Source: an uncultured virus (IMG/VR IMGVR_UViG_3300032330_002160) (taxonomy: Duplodnaviria; Heunggongvirae; Uroviricota; Caudoviricetes). From it: a DNA stretch of 64,000 bases. The stretch lies in the IMG/VR virus record IMGVR_UViG_3300032330_002160. The stretch is one strand, 5' to 3'. Both the position numbers and the translations under genes were made by a program. Below, piece after piece: positions 1-10,799 of the stretch (the stretch's first letter is position 1; each line of letters starts with the position of its first letter). Below the pieces are notes generated by a model. It ran no database searches. It worked only from the letters and a program-made list of their open reading frames with translations, and was not told the DNA's origin.

Positions 1-423
1 CTTAAAAAAATTATTCCATTCTGTGGAAGTTACCAAAACAGTAGTATAAAACCAAGGCTCCAATAACCTATTAACGAGTTGTTTGTGAACAGTAATTTCT
101 TGGAATTGCAAAACCTTTTTTTCCATTGATCTTTTTGCTTCAAGCCATTGATTATTCGCTTTCTGCCTATTTTCTTCTGTGACTTCTTCTCTAGCTTGCA
201 TACCAGATTGGTTTTGCCCCCAATATTCTGGAATGAATGGATCGTCTTTAATTTGTTGCAAAAACTTTTTTACTGGGATCGCCCTAGAACTTGCCGAATT
301 CCTTGAGAATACTCTGTGAGTATTAAATTCCGCCAAAATAAATCTTGGCATTGTTACAGCCATAGTGACTATTTCGCGTCCAATTGGGTCAATAGAGTGA
401 GCAATAATTTCAGACTTAATCAC
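1..423 (-). CDS. thyX: FAD-dependent thymidylate synthase ThyX, phage type (partial, runs off the window)
   Basis: Manual translation from GTG at 423: VIKSEIIAHS...PRFILAEFNTHRVFSRNSASSRAIP, containing the ThyX xHRxxSxxxxSxR motif. Not in the ORF track. Confidence 0.85.
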   Translation of the reverse strand, partial: MIKSEIIAHSIDPIGREIVTMAVTMPRFILAEFNTHRVFSRNSASSRAIPVKKFLQQIKDDPFIPEYWGQNQSGMQAREEVTEENRQKANNQWLEAKRSMEKKVLQFQEITVHKQLVNRLLEPWFYTTVLVTSTEWNNFFK

Positions 424-830
424 TGTTGTGTACCCCTAAACATAAAAGCGTCTATAGGAGAAATGACTGGTTCTTCAATCATTTCTTCTTTTCCACCATA
501 CATTAACTTTGTTATTTGGTTAATCAATTCGACACATTCTTTTTCTCGCCCATCCATATTGTAGTATTTCATTATCGCTACAAGAAGGATTGGTATGATC
601 TGCCCTTCTAGGAATAGATTGACGAATGAGCAAATTGTTTCGTGATCTTTCTGCTGTTCTATTTTTGATAAATCCGATCTTCCTTCAAACAAACAAGTTA
701 AATCGCCAGATTCTTTTAGCTGCAATAATACCGTGGCGACATTTTCTTCGTTTACATTATACTTATCGCCTTCATTGTTTGAAGTCTCGTTTGTTCTTCC
801 ATGTCCGATATTTGATTCAAATGCATCCAT
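420..830 (-). CDS. hypothetical protein
   Basis: ORF track; GGAG upstream; stop overlaps the thyX start (GTGA); start uncertain. Confidence 0.55.
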   Translation of the reverse strand: MDAFESNIGHGRTNETSNNEGDKYNVNEENVATVLLQLKESGDLTCLFEGRSDLSKIEQQKDHETICSFVNLFLEGQIIPILLVAIMKYYNMDGREKECVELINQITKLMYGGKEEMIEEPVISPIDAFMFRGTQQ

Positions 831-1132
831 CTGTAATCTCCGATTAAAACTTTCATTTTTTCTGGAATAATAACTTTATAATATAATGAAAAATCTTTAT
901 CGTTGTCAAACTTACAGTCATATAAAAAATAATCAACCCATCCAACATTGTTGTATTTTACTGATATGCCAAGAGTTTCTTTTATTTTTTTATAAATTTC
1001 AAACCCTAATTCTTTTTTTTCGTCAATTTCAATACTAAATAGTTCATTTTGCTTATCTACTAGAAAAAAGATTCCAGTTCCTTCAAGCAGATCATGAACT
1101 ATGATACATATTTTAAGTTTTATGTTATACAT
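752..1132 (-). CDS. hypothetical protein
   Basis: 126-aa ORF directly after the glycosyltransferase. Confidence 0.6.
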   Translation of the reverse strand: MYNIKLKICIIVHDLLEGTGIFFLVDKQNELFSIEIDEKKELGFEIYKKIKETLGISVKYNNVGWVDYFLYDCKFDNDKDFSLYYKVIIPEKMKVLIGDYRWMHLNQISDMEEQTRLQTMKAISIM

Positions 1133-1134
1133 AT

Positions 1135-2184
1135 TTATTCCATGCAGCTTACTATCGTTTGAGCCGACTTCCTGTAAGAAATATCACTCATTGTTATTAT
1201 ACCATTAATGTTGGTTTTTTTATTTGATTTATGATATTCTCTCATATAATCTGCCAATTTTTGTATTTGTGGCTCTGCAAATTTATGCCAGTTGCCTTGG
1301 TTATAAAACCATTTGCCATCAAAAGCCAATTCTTTTTCTGGAACATCAATAAGCATACTGTTTTCTTCATTGCAATATTCAGTATGAGCAGTACAATTCG
1401 TCGTAATAATATCTTTTCCCATAGCCATTAGTTCAGCACATTCAAGATTCCAACCTTCCGCCCGACTTGGAAAAACACCACAATTTACTTTGGCAAAAAT
1501 ATTAGCAACATCTTGCTGATGAGGAACACGCTTAACCATTTTAATTTTATTGCCAAGCTTACTATTTTTGTATAGGTCAATCCATTTCTGTTGTTCTTCC
1601 GGAGGGAGGAATGGGTTATCATTCATCATCCATAGCTCTACATTACTATCAACATCAAACGCCCTATTGAAAGCTTCAACCAATACATCATGTCCTTTTC
1701 TCTTTTCCCACTTTCCACAATTAATAAATACTGTCTTATCGGGATCTTTTTGTTCGTTTCTTGGGTAAAAATATCTTTTGTCTACGCCGATAGCAATATT
1801 TTCAATCCTAGACTTAACGCCATTTTCAATCATTACTTGCTCAGACCATTTTCCGAAAGCAAAGATGATGTCAAAAGTATTAAGGAAAGCGACTTCCATT
1901 TCATTTAATGTGTCGAGTTCAAAAAAGGTAGATCCTGTCCACATTCCCTTGGACGGATTCATAATCATTTGATTGGCGTGAAATAATTTATAGCAAGAAT
2001 CTTTATGATTAAAATATTTTACATTTGCAATATTTTCTTTAATTATTTCTATATATTCTGGATCACAATCGACTGGACCTAGGGGCCAGATACAAACATC
2101 GTTTAATATTTTTTTAATTTCTACGGCGAGGTTGGTTCCTACAATTCCGTATCCGAGTTGATTAAGTGGTAGTGACAGGTTCAT
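1135..2184 (-). CDS. GT4-family (GT-B) glycosyltransferase
   Basis: GKWEKRKG and FPSRAEGWNLECAELMAMG (Ex7E) motifs. Confidence 0.9.
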   Translation of the reverse strand: MNLSLPLNQLGYGIVGTNLAVEIKKILNDVCIWPLGPVDCDPEYIEIIKENIANVKYFNHKDSCYKLFHANQMIMNPSKGMWTGSTFFELDTLNEMEVAFLNTFDIIFAFGKWSEQVMIENGVKSRIENIAIGVDKRYFYPRNEQKDPDKTVFINCGKWEKRKGHDVLVEAFNRAFDVDSNVELWMMNDNPFLPPEEQQKWIDLYKNSKLGNKIKMVKRVPHQQDVANIFAKVNCGVFPSRAEGWNLECAELMAMGKDIITTNCTAHTEYCNEENSMLIDVPEKELAFDGKWFYNQGNWHKFAEPQIQKLADYMREYHKSNKKTNINGIITMSDISYRKSAQTIVSCME

Positions 2185-2539
2185 GACGACTAATCTCCGT
2201 TTTAGGAATTATAGTCGTTTTTCTTTCTCGGGCCAATGGCTTTTCGTGATTTATTTCTATAATTTTTTTGATATTATCGCTATTTTCTTTTTGTATCTCT
2301 ATCAATTGTTCCATATTTGAATTTATAAGCACATTACTTTTAGCTATTTCCCATACTGCATTTTTTACTTCTTTTAAAAATCCTGTGTGCCCAGTTACAA
2401 TTGGCACAAAAATTTTTTCTCCAACCCAATATCCAGCTTTCAATAAAGCAAAAAGAAATACACATAGGACGGCGAAAGATATGCCAAATCGCTCAATCCA
2501 GTTTAAAATTTCGGGAATATTTGATGGTTCTATTTCCAT
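2162..2539 (-). CDS. single-TM membrane protein, possibly holin-like
   Basis: Hydrophobic FGISFAVLCVFLFALL followed by coiled coil; AAGGGGAG RBS; GGTGTA motif upstream. Confidence 0.5.
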   Translation of the reverse strand: MEIEPSNIPEILNWIERFGISFAVLCVFLFALLKAGYWVGEKIFVPIVTGHTGFLKEVKNAVWEIAKSNVLINSNMEQLIEIQKENSDNIKKIIEINHEKPLARERKTTIIPKTEISRHEPVTTT

Positions 2540-2583
2540 TGTTGTACTCCCTTTTAAAAAAAGTTAGACAACAATATATACAC

Positions 2584-2805
2584 CTAACCAAATTTTTCTA
2601 TCCACCCTTTTTGCAACATTGAATTCATGTATTTATTTATATCTTTAATTGTTTCTTTTCTTTCTTTTGCGTTATAAACGCTAACTCTTTTGTGTATTTC
2701 TTCTATTGTTAGAATATCCTCATCTTTAATCACATGGTATATAACGCTCTCTTCACTATTGCAAAATTTAATGTTTGGTTTCTTTTTGTTCTTTGCGTAC
2801 ATCAT
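2584..2805 (-). CDS. hypothetical protein
   Basis: 73-aa ORF in gene-dense context. Confidence 0.5.
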   Translation of the reverse strand: MMYAKNKKKPNIKFCNSEESVIYHVIKDEDILTIEEIHKRVSVYNAKERKETIKDINKYMNSMLQKGWIEKFG

Positions 2806-2895
2806 CTTTAGGTTCTTTCCAAGGACAATTCTTACAATTTAAATGACAACATTTGCCACGTTGTAATAAAAACTCTCTTGTTAGTTCATATTTAC

Positions 2896-3774
2896 TCATG
2901 GCTTTGAAGTCTTAATCCCCATCTCATTATATACTTTTCTTGCCTTGGGATTGTCATCTATAGCTAAGATTACATCATCGTTAGATTGCAATGACTCAGC
3001 GGCGTTTCTCTTAGACTCTAATTGGTCTTCAGAATTGTTGCCGACTTTATTAAGAATTAATCTGCTATATTTTATTCCAGCATTTTTCAACGCTTTAATT
3101 GTTTTTTCTCTGTCTGCTTCTGGTCTTCCAGAGACAATTACAATTTTATTATTTTCTGCTAATTTATTTACTTTTTCAATCGTTTTAGCAATTGGCACGT
3201 CACCATACTTCAATATAGTGTTATCAATATCAACTATAACGATACCGCCCCAAGCCATTTGTTCTACTTGTCTTTCAGGATCACGAATGTAATACCCTTC
3301 TTCCTTCATAATCTTATCAAATCTTTCTGGTCCTTCAATAGCTAAACCCTGCTTTATGGCAAGATTTTTACCATTTTTACCGATATAGCAATTGCCTTCA
3401 TCGCCCCATTTCCAACCTTGTTTGCCTTCCGAGTCGCATCTTTTTAATGGCATGGCAAATTCTCCTTGTGATTTTTCTAAAAATTGTTCTCCCACTCTTT
3501 CAAACCAACGCATTCCGGGTTCTCCTCCCCAGAGCAGAGCGGCGACACCAGCAGGACTTTTTTCATCCATTTTTAAAAATCTTTTATTTCTTGCCCACCA
3601 ACGATATCCTTTACGCATTTTATTTTCTGATTGAGCTTCGCCATTAGCCATAGATCTTGCTTCTCTAATGGTCGCAGCTTCAAGTCCATTTCCACCATAT
3701 TCTTTAGCTAATTCTAATCCACGCTTACATTTATTGCGAACACCTTGAGGAGGCACTAAAGATTTTTCTGGCAT
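2896..3774 (-). CDS. multidomain protein with C-terminal HAD phosphatase (T4 PNK 3'-phosphatase-like)
   Basis: VDIDNT, SGR, K and IDD HAD motifs; N-terminal ALLWGG and GWKWG phage domains. Confidence 0.75.
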   Translation of the reverse strand: MPEKSLVPPQGVRNKCKRGLELAKEYGGNGLEAATIREARSMANGEAQSENKMRKGYRWWARNKRFLKMDEKSPAGVAALLWGGEPGMRWFERVGEQFLEKSQGEFAMPLKRCDSEGKQGWKWGDEGNCYIGKNGKNLAIKQGLAIEGPERFDKIMKEEGYYIRDPERQVEQMAWGGIVIVDIDNTILKYGDVPIAKTIEKVNKLAENNKIVIVSGRPEADREKTIKALKNAGIKYSRLILNKVGNNSEDQLESKRNAAESLQSNDDVILAIDDNPKARKVYNEMGIKTSKP

Positions 3775-3790
3775 GACATATTACTCCAAT

Positions 3791-3815
3791 AAAAAACCCG
3801 CCCGAAGGCGGGTTA
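3791..3815 (-). terminator. rho-independent terminator
   Basis: Minus strand AACCCGCC-TTCG-GGCGGGTT followed by a T-run. Confidence 0.8.
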
Positions 3816-3823
3816 TATATTTT

Positions 3824-4180
3824 TTACTTAAGCGTTAACATATAAATAGTTTTATAGCATAAAGATATAGCTGTATCCAAAATATTTTGATGATAAGATT
3901 GAAAATCAGGACCGATTAAAGTAGGAGCGCCTTTTAAGAAATTAGCCAAATCTTTTAAATAGGCTGTCGGCTCTATTCTTGCTACATTGATCGGGCCAGA
4001 CAAATCAAGCAAACCAAATTCACCTTGATAAACTTCGGAAAGTTCATCAGCAATTTCAAGAATTTCTTCATAAAATTTACCTAAAGCTTTGTGAGTAGAA
4101 AAACTATTTGTGGCTAAATGTTCGTTATGAATAACTTGTCTAGCTTCAAATAATTTTTTAATTAAAGATGCGTAATTCAT
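3824..4180 (-). CDS. ferritin/Dps-like phage protein (DUF5856-like)
   Basis: HxxHxxTxSFSTHKALGKFYE...DxLxExYQG...YMLTLK pattern. Confidence 0.7.
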   Translation of the reverse strand: MNYASLIKKLFEARQVIHNEHLATNSFSTHKALGKFYEEILEIADELSEVYQGEFGLLDLSGPINVARIEPTAYLKDLANFLKGAPTLIGPDFQSYHQNILDTAISLCYKTIYMLTLK

Positions 4181-4213
4181 TTTGGTCTCCCTGTAAACTT
4201 TTTATACACCCTT

Positions 4214-6673
4214 TTACTTTGTTACACTCATATCGCTTACATATAAGTAATCATTTTGATTGCTATATGCGTAAGCAAAAATCTCAATTACTTTTTCTGT
4301 TGTCGGTGTAAAACTGATTGTCAATTTTTGCCAATCGGTTGATGTAGAAGTAGTTGCAACCACATCTGTTCCAGATAATTGATAACCCGGACATACTAAT
4401 TGACCAGTAATCGTAGATGATGAATTTTTAAACCAAAGACTTATGGTTGTTAATTTATTGGCATTAACAGCAATTTTAGCAACGGAAAATTCAATTTTAT
4501 TATATTGATTAATATTGGCACTTATTTGTTCTAGTTTCCAACTTGTTCCTGTTGTTCCATGATAAATTGATGTATCTTTTGATACTTTATAATCACTAAT
4601 ATTTGTAGAATAATTTAAAACATTAGAATTTGTATCAATACAGTTTGTAAATGTTAATAAATAAGGATAATTATAATATGTTGGAGATGCAGGTATTCCT
4701 GTCACATTAGAAAAATTAAAAGTTGACGTATTAGCTTCATTTAAAAAAATAAATCCACTTAAGTTTGGCGTAATATTTCCAAATATTCCACTATTAATGT
4801 TTGTTTTTGAAGAATATGCACTATAAAATAAATAAGTTCCATTATTTCCATTTGCAATAATTTTATCAATTAAAGTATTTCCATAAGAGTTGTTAATACA
4901 ATATGAAGAACAATAATTACATGTTAAAAATTTTATTTTGATAAAAGATAAGTTATGAAATATTGCTGATGATACACAATATTCTGCTGTTATTGTATTG
5001 GCTAAAATAGTACAACCTGTACCTGCCCCAATAGCATAATTACAATTTTTAGATATTGCATTTTCAATATAAGTAATAATACCTTTATTCATGCTGCCTT
5101 GCGCCTCAATTGCGCCTGAAGAACTAGCACCAAAAATATCTTGAATTATACAATTATCTAATTGTCCTGTTATAAAGCGGAAACAAAATAATCCGGTTAT
5201 TTTATTTGTTATTCCATTTTTATTTTTTCCTATTGTAATAATATTGGCACCAGAAGATAAAGCAATTCCACCAAGATCAGATCCACTTATACATAAATCG
5301 GAAATATTACAATAAGTACAATTTGATAATAAATATCCAAACATATATTTTGATAAATTAATTTTGCTTATATCAATATAATTTTTTATAGATGATCCAA
5401 ATCCAGCACTAGTTGACCCCTGTCCTGAAAAATAAGTAGAAGATGTTTGTGTAGACATATCTGTTCGATTCCAACCACCAGAAAAAGAAATATAATTTCC
5501 AATAGTTCCACTATTATTAATTGTTGCAGCATTTTCTAATCCAAAAGCATAAAAAGGTTCTATCTTATAAGTATTGATTGTTTCTGTTGTGCCATAATAG
5601 CCAGAATTAGCAGATGTTAAATTTAACCAATTAACATTTGTGTATATAACATAATATAAAATTACAATATTATTTTTAATTCCTAGAATTGGCAAAAAAT
5701 ATTCGTCATTATTTTTTCCTATCATAGATGTTAAAGAAATATTATCAGCAGAAGATGTTGATTTAACAGCAATAACATTTGAAAGAGATATAGTTGTAGC
5801 GCCTGTATCATTAACTACATAAATAGCAATACTTTGTATTGCAGATCCTAATGCTGAACCTTTATTAATAGTAATAGGAATATTATATGTATTAAGATAC
5901 GGTTGAGTAGGAATTAAAAATTGATCAACAATTACATTACCAATAGTATCAGAACATAAACAAATTTTTATATCTCCAGAATTTAATAAAGTTCCAGCCG
6001 TTTGACTAAACTGCAATGATATTTGTTGATAAGCACTAAAATCTGTAGATGGAATAGTTTTATAAGCAACTTTTCCTGTAGTAAATGCAGAAGCAATTGT
6101 TAAAGATACTCTTGTTGGCATAAATCCTAAATTATCAATTGCTGAAGTAACATTAGCAGAAGCAGTCCAATTTGCCCCATTAGAAGAAACTGTCCCTATA
6201 TTATCTGTTAATACAATATCTTTTGTTGCTGCGGAAGCTAATTTTACTATATTTGAATTAATATTTCTTAAAGTTCCGCCGTATGTGTAAGATGCATTAC
6301 CTGTACTTCCTACAAGATCAAATGTATTTGTTGAAGTATTTGCAATTTGCCAAATACCATTTGCATTTGTATTACCATTAACTCCTGTAATTATTACATA
6401 ATCGTTATTTGCATAACCATGATTTGAGCAAGTAATTTGAATAGGACTTGCGTTTGTTGCTCCTGATATTGATTTATTAGCAGTATTAAATCCATTTGTC
6501 CAAAGTGCTGACCCTACTAAAGTAGGAGCAGGACTTTCCATAATTCTTATTTCATCACCCGGATTTATTCTTGCTTGTGTTGCGCCATTTGTAATCGTCT
6601 TCCAAGCATTTGAGAAAGATAATCCGTCATTTGAATCATTGCCAGCAACTGGATTTATATAAAATGTAGCCAT
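4214..6673 (-). CDS. beta-rich virion or receptor-binding-like protein with probable beta-helix
   Basis: YINPVAGNDSNDGLS..AWKTI..PGDEI N-terminus typical of beta-helix proteins; ISGATNASPIQIT..HG module; N/S/T/I-rich. Confidence 0.6.
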   Translation of the reverse strand: MATFYINPVAGNDSNDGLSFSNAWKTITNGATQARINPGDEIRIMESPAPTLVGSALWTNGFNTANKSISGATNASPIQITCSNHGYANNDYVIITGVNGNTNANGIWQIANTSTNTFDLVGSTGNASYTYGGTLRNINSNIVKLASAATKDIVLTDNIGTVSSNGANWTASANVTSAIDNLGFMPTRVSLTIASAFTTGKVAYKTIPSTDFSAYQQISLQFSQTAGTLLNSGDIKICLCSDTIGNVIVDQFLIPTQPYLNTYNIPITINKGSALGSAIQSIAIYVVNDTGATTISLSNVIAVKSTSSADNISLTSMIGKNNDEYFLPILGIKNNIVILYYVIYTNVNWLNLTSANSGYYGTTETINTYKIEPFYAFGLENAATINNSGTIGNYISFSGGWNRTDMSTQTSSTYFSGQGSTSAGFGSSIKNYIDISKINLSKYMFGYLLSNCTYCNISDLCISGSDLGGIALSSGANIITIGKNKNGITNKITGLFCFRFITGQLDNCIIQDIFGASSSGAIEAQGSMNKGIITYIENAISKNCNYAIGAGTGCTILANTITAEYCVSSAIFHNLSFIKIKFLTCNYCSSYCINNSYGNTLIDKIIANGNNGTYLFYSAYSSKTNINSGIFGNITPNLSGFIFLNEANTSTFNFSNVTGIPASPTYYNYPYLLTFTNCIDTNSNVLNYSTNISDYKVSKDTSIYHGTTGTSWKLEQISANINQYNKIEFSVAKIAVNANKLTTISLWFKNSSSTITGQLVCPGYQLSGTDVVATTSTSTDWQKLTISFTPTTEKVIEIFAYAYSNQNDYLYVSDMSVTK

Positions 6674-6687
6674 GATTACCTTTCAAA

Positions 6688-7005
6688 TTAATAATTAAAT
6701 TCGTCTGAATATAATATATTTAATTCAGTTTTTTTACTATTACTTAAATTTATAAAAATATCTTCGTTTAATTCTGAATGAAATAAACCTAATATTTCTG
6801 TTATTCCTGTTGTGTTTGAATCGCTTTTATTACCATTTATAATTAAATCTTCAGTTAATGAAGAATTAATAGTTTTAAATTTAGCCGTTTGTTCTTGATC
6901 GCAAGATAAAGAATATGATAATACAGTAATTTTTTTATCTGGTATTAACTCAATTATTTTATGGTCTCCGGCTTTTTCAAGAGTTAACATCTTACTGTAT
7001 ATCAT
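6688..7005 (-). CDS. hypothetical protein
   Basis: ORF with TAGGAA upstream. Confidence 0.55.
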   Translation of the reverse strand: MIYSKMLTLEKAGDHKIIELIPDKKITVLSYSLSCDQEQTAKFKTINSSLTEDLIINGNKSDSNTTGITEILGLFHSELNEDIFINLSNSKKTELNILYSDEFNY

Positions 7006-7212
7006 AAATATTTCCTAATTTATATTGTTAAATGGTTGACCATTGTAAACATAATTTAATAAATTATTTGTGCCATCATTGGAAAAGTTTACAGTTTTTG
7101 AAAAATTGTAAACCCCAAAATTGGCAAAAGCTTGGCCTTGGTATGTATATCTCAGGTTTGAGCTTTCCGTATATGGATTTAACTCAGTTGAATATACGGA
7201 TTGCTCTAGAGT

Positions 7213-7782
7213 TCAACCTACGCTGTCACCCTTGTAGTATCTGCCAAACGGTATGCTTGCAGATGGAACTACAGGAGTTACTGGGGTATTGTTGTTTGCG
7301 CTTGCATTTTGGCCAGCAACCGTAGTGAGAACAGGCCCATCTTGGTTTGCGCCATAAGGCAAGGTAACAATATTTGCCCCAACAGGAGTAATACCAGCTG
7401 GATTGGTGGCTTGACTAACATTGGCAATATTAACAACATTGTTGCCATTTGCTAAATAACTTGTAGTAGATTGGGTGTTCGTTATGGCAGGATAAGTTTC
7501 TAAAATTGCGCCGAAACTTGCAGGAGTATCTACCCCTCTTGACGCAAGATCGAGGGCAAATCCACCACCACTAACAGGAAAAGTTAAAGTTGCAGTTGCG
7601 CCAAGATCAGGCAAAGCAGAATAATCTGTAATAAATTCTTGCTTTAATACCCCATTTTGTTGAGCAAAATACATTGAATCAGACATTCCGCTCGGAGCAG
7701 CATAAAAAGCTTGAAATCCGCTATGCGAAATTAAATATCCACTAATAACTGGGTGACCCATATTGACAGCTGTGCTAGGCAT
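7213..7782 (-). CDS. hypothetical protein, possibly virion-associated
   Basis: AGGAG RBS; 189 aa, A/T/N/G-rich. Confidence 0.6.
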   Translation of the reverse strand: MPSTAVNMGHPVISGYLISHSGFQAFYAAPSGMSDSMYFAQQNGVLKQEFITDYSALPDLGATATLTFPVSGGGFALDLASRGVDTPASFGAILETYPAITNTQSTTSYLANGNNVVNIANVSQATNPAGITPVGANIVTLPYGANQDGPVLTTVAGQNASANNNTPVTPVVPSASIPFGRYYKGDSVG

Positions 7783-7809
7783 TTTCGATTCTCCTGTTAG
7801 GTTATATAA

Positions 7810-8826
7810 TTATTTACCCCGATTTACCAATATAAAATTGCTTTTGTAGTATAGTTCCCCCAAATTCTTGGCACCGACATATGTGCAAGCACTTCTTAGA
7901 CCTCCCATAATTTCTTGTATTGTAGAAGAAACTGGGCCTTTTGCCTTTATTTTGAGCTCATGTCCTTCTGATGCCCTATAAATATGTTTATGAGAATATT
8001 TATTCATAGCTTTGTCTGAAGACATTCCATAAAAATCATATTCGCCATTCACGCATTGCATTTCTGATTCTTCATGACCCGCTAGCATATTACCTAGCAT
8101 AACCCAATTGGACCCTGCGGCAAAGGCCTTTGCTATGTCTCCAGAAGAAGAGCAACCACCATCGCTACAAATCATGCCGTTATGATCTTCAGCAGCTTGT
8201 CCGCATTCTAGAACGGCGCTAAATTGCGGATAGCCAATCCCAGTAACAGATCTAGTTTTACACGCTGCTCCTCCACCAATTCCAATTTTTACAATTTTAA
8301 CTCCCGCTTTAATTAGAGCAACAGTCCCAGAAGGTGTGGCTACATTACCAGCCATTATTAGCGCCGTTGGATTAATTTCTTTTATCTTTTTAATTTTATC
8401 AATAAATTTTTTCGTATATCCATTGGCTATATCTATACAAACATGCTGAACTAATTTTTTAGAATATTTACATACTTGATCATATTTTTCTATATCTTCG
8501 TCGGTAATGCCCAAAGAATAAAAAGTTCTATTCAAGGTAATTGGGTTTTCCTCTGAGAAAAACTTAATAAGATTATCCATAGTGTAATGTTTATGCAATG
8601 CGGTCCAACAATCGTATTGGCAAAGAACCCTAGCCATACTCATTGTTCCAACACTATCCATATTGGCTGCAATGATAGGAATACCAACATTATGAGTACA
8701 ATTGTCAATATTGCAAAAAATATTTAAATTAACCAAGGATCTAGAAAAAACATTTCCTAAAGCTGGTTCAATCAACACATCACAAAAATCTAATTTTGGT
8801 TCTGAATTTTTGATTGTTTTAGACAT
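7810..8826 (-). CDS. guaC: GMP reductase
   Basis: PIIAANMD, DIANGY, AGNVAT, KIGIGGGAACKTR, SDGGC, FYGMSS, YRASEG and GGLRSACTYVGA motifs. Confidence 0.92.
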   Translation of the reverse strand: MSKTIKNSEPKLDFCDVLIEPALGNVFSRSLVNLNIFCNIDNCTHNVGIPIIAANMDSVGTMSMARVLCQYDCWTALHKHYTMDNLIKFFSEENPITLNRTFYSLGITDEDIEKYDQVCKYSKKLVQHVCIDIANGYTKKFIDKIKKIKEINPTALIMAGNVATPSGTVALIKAGVKIVKIGIGGGAACKTRSVTGIGYPQFSAVLECGQAAEDHNGMICSDGGCSSSGDIAKAFAAGSNWVMLGNMLAGHEESEMQCVNGEYDFYGMSSDKAMNKYSHKHIYRASEGHELKIKAKGPVSSTIQEIMGGLRSACTYVGAKNLGELYYKSNFILVNRGK

Positions 8827-9629
8827 TATTCTATTCCTAACTTATTTTTTATATAATTGTTTGCATATACCACATTATTATTATAGTATGAAATGTTTGA
8901 ATTATATTTTACTTCTTCAGAATAACTTGTAGAATCCACATTACCAAATTCGCATAGCATATTTTTTTTAATGCTGTAAGCTATTGCAGTCATACCAGTT
9001 AAATTTCCCATATAAAGTTCACAAGAATTAATTACTTTAAAAAAATCATCTAAATTATCAAGACATAATAATGAAAAATACTCTTTGAGAGGATATGCTT
9101 CATATGTAGAAGTATTTGATTTGTTGCAGATAAAAAATCTTTTATTGCGTGAAAATGTTTTTATAATTTGTAAAGGTATTTCATCATTTGAACAATATCT
9201 TCTAGAATCTAAACTTCTATGAGCAATTAAACAATCATCAAAAGTATTATCATAATAATCTGAATTTAATGTTATTATTTTTAAATTTGTATATTTTAAA
9301 GAATGTGGTTCAAAAGTATGAGTTAATATGTCTGTCCATCCATAATTATATAATAGCGGACTTGATCTCCAAGATGATAAATTTATTGCGTTTTCTTTAT
9401 ATTCATTCACATTAAAACTGTTAATAAAATTTTGATTTTCAATTATTTTTTTTAATTCTTCGTGTGTTTTTTCTGCTCCTAAGCTAAAATTATCGCCTAA
9501 ATTATTAGATATACTTAAATTTGTTTTTATCCCATATTTTAAATATTTTATTTTTGGAATATAAAGCTGATGAATAAAATCGCCTAGCTTTCCTCCCCCA
9601 ATCATCTCATATGGTTTTTGCATTATCAT
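8826..9629 (-). CDS. putative glycosyltransferase-like protein
   Basis: GGKLGDFI N-terminus and YMGNLTG motif reminiscent of GT9; sugar-cluster context. Confidence 0.5.
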   Translation of the reverse strand: MIMQKPYEMIGGGKLGDFIHQLYIPKIKYLKYGIKTNLSISNNLGDNFSLGAEKTHEELKKIIENQNFINSFNVNEYKENAINLSSWRSSPLLYNYGWTDILTHTFEPHSLKYTNLKIITLNSDYYDNTFDDCLIAHRSLDSRRYCSNDEIPLQIIKTFSRNKRFFICNKSNTSTYEAYPLKEYFSLLCLDNLDDFFKVINSCELYMGNLTGMTAIAYSIKKNMLCEFGNVDSTSYSEEVKYNSNISYYNNNVVYANNYIKNKLGIE

Positions 9630-9877
9630 TTACCATACATTTTGGTCGATCCTTGACCATATAACTTTTGTGTTTTTCCAGTATTAATCATTTCATTAAT
9701 TGATTCATCAATAGCTTGAATTAAATCATTTCTTTGTTGATTTACTACATTTGTTGTTCTAGTTGCTTTTGCAATTTGTTCATCAGAAGCTTTTGGATCG
9801 CGTTTAATATCTTCGCACATCCAAATTCTGAGATTAGCAATTGTAAGTTTGTCAATTAAATTACCTATTGTTTCCAT
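9626..9877 (-). CDS. small helical protein (DUF4254-like)
   Basis: ETIGNLIDKLTIANLRIW...NQQRNDLIQAID. Confidence 0.65.
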   Translation of the reverse strand: METIGNLIDKLTIANLRIWMCEDIKRDPKASDEQIAKATRTTNVVNQQRNDLIQAIDESINEMINTGKTQKLYGQGSTKMYGK

Positions 9878-10799
9878 AAATTACCTCATAAATTTGATCA
9901 CGAATTACTTGATCATTCCATATTTCTTTTAATTTTTTTGCTGGACTGTTACCTAAAGATATAATATCCTTAATTGAATTATTATCAATGTTCAATTCCG
10001 GAAATTTTGATGTTACATGATCAAACATGTGTGCGCTATTAACAGCAAATACTGATTCAGTTCCGACTACATGATCTATTACTGAAGATAATCCATTACT
10101 GTCAGCATTATCATACATAAAAATATTAATATCATTTTTTCTCAAAAATTTTGCTAGCTGAATATTGTCAATAATTTCATTGCTAATATTTAATTTAATA
10201 TTTGATCCTTTTAATTCTTGTTCACACGCATTTACAATTCCATTAAAAAAAGATTTATTTTTATCAACAACTAAAGCTGTTGTTATATGTAAATTTATTT
10301 TTGCGTTTTGAAATTCTTGTTTTACTTTTTTGCAAATTAAATCAAATCTTTTTCTTGGGATTGCAAAACCAAAACTTCCTATGTTTATTTCTTGATCAAT
10401 TCTTTCATCTTGCAAATGACAATAGCCAAGAGGTCTAGATAAAGCAAATCTTTTGGTATATTTATCATTTGTCATATTGCTCATAAAAATAGAATGAGGA
10501 TTTAAATAATCAGGAGTTTTTGAGTCATGATATATATAAGATTTTGGTTCTTTAATTATGTGAACAAAATCATTTAACCAAGGCATAGTTGCGTCATGCC
10601 AATTAAAAATTATATGTTTATAATTTTCATTAAAAGTTATTTTATCAAATAAATCATAATATCTTTCAGCTTCTAGATAATGTAATTTATATCGTTTTTC
10701 TTCTTTTAAAATTTTTTGCAATCTATAACCGTATTGATAAACTCCACAAGATTTTTCTTTATGATTTACAAATAATATATTATCCATTGATTGCCTCAA
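9861..10799 (-). CDS. putative GT-B glycosyltransferase-like protein
   Basis: CGVYQYG, IGSFGF..K, NDINIFMY..GLSSVID; paralog of the adjacent gene. Confidence 0.6.
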   Translation of the reverse strand: MRQSMDNILFVNHKEKSCGVYQYGYRLQKILKEEKRYKLHYLEAERYYDLFDKITFNENYKHIIFNWHDATMPWLNDFVHIIKEPKSYIYHDSKTPDYLNPHSIFMSNMTNDKYTKRFALSRPLGYCHLQDERIDQEINIGSFGFAIPRKRFDLICKKVKQEFQNAKINLHITTALVVDKNKSFFNGIVNACEQELKGSNIKLNISNEIIDNIQLAKFLRKNDINIFMYDNADSNGLSSVIDHVVGTESVFAVNSAHMFDHVTSKFPELNIDNNSIKDIISLGNSPAKKLKEIWNDQVIRDQIYEVIYGNNR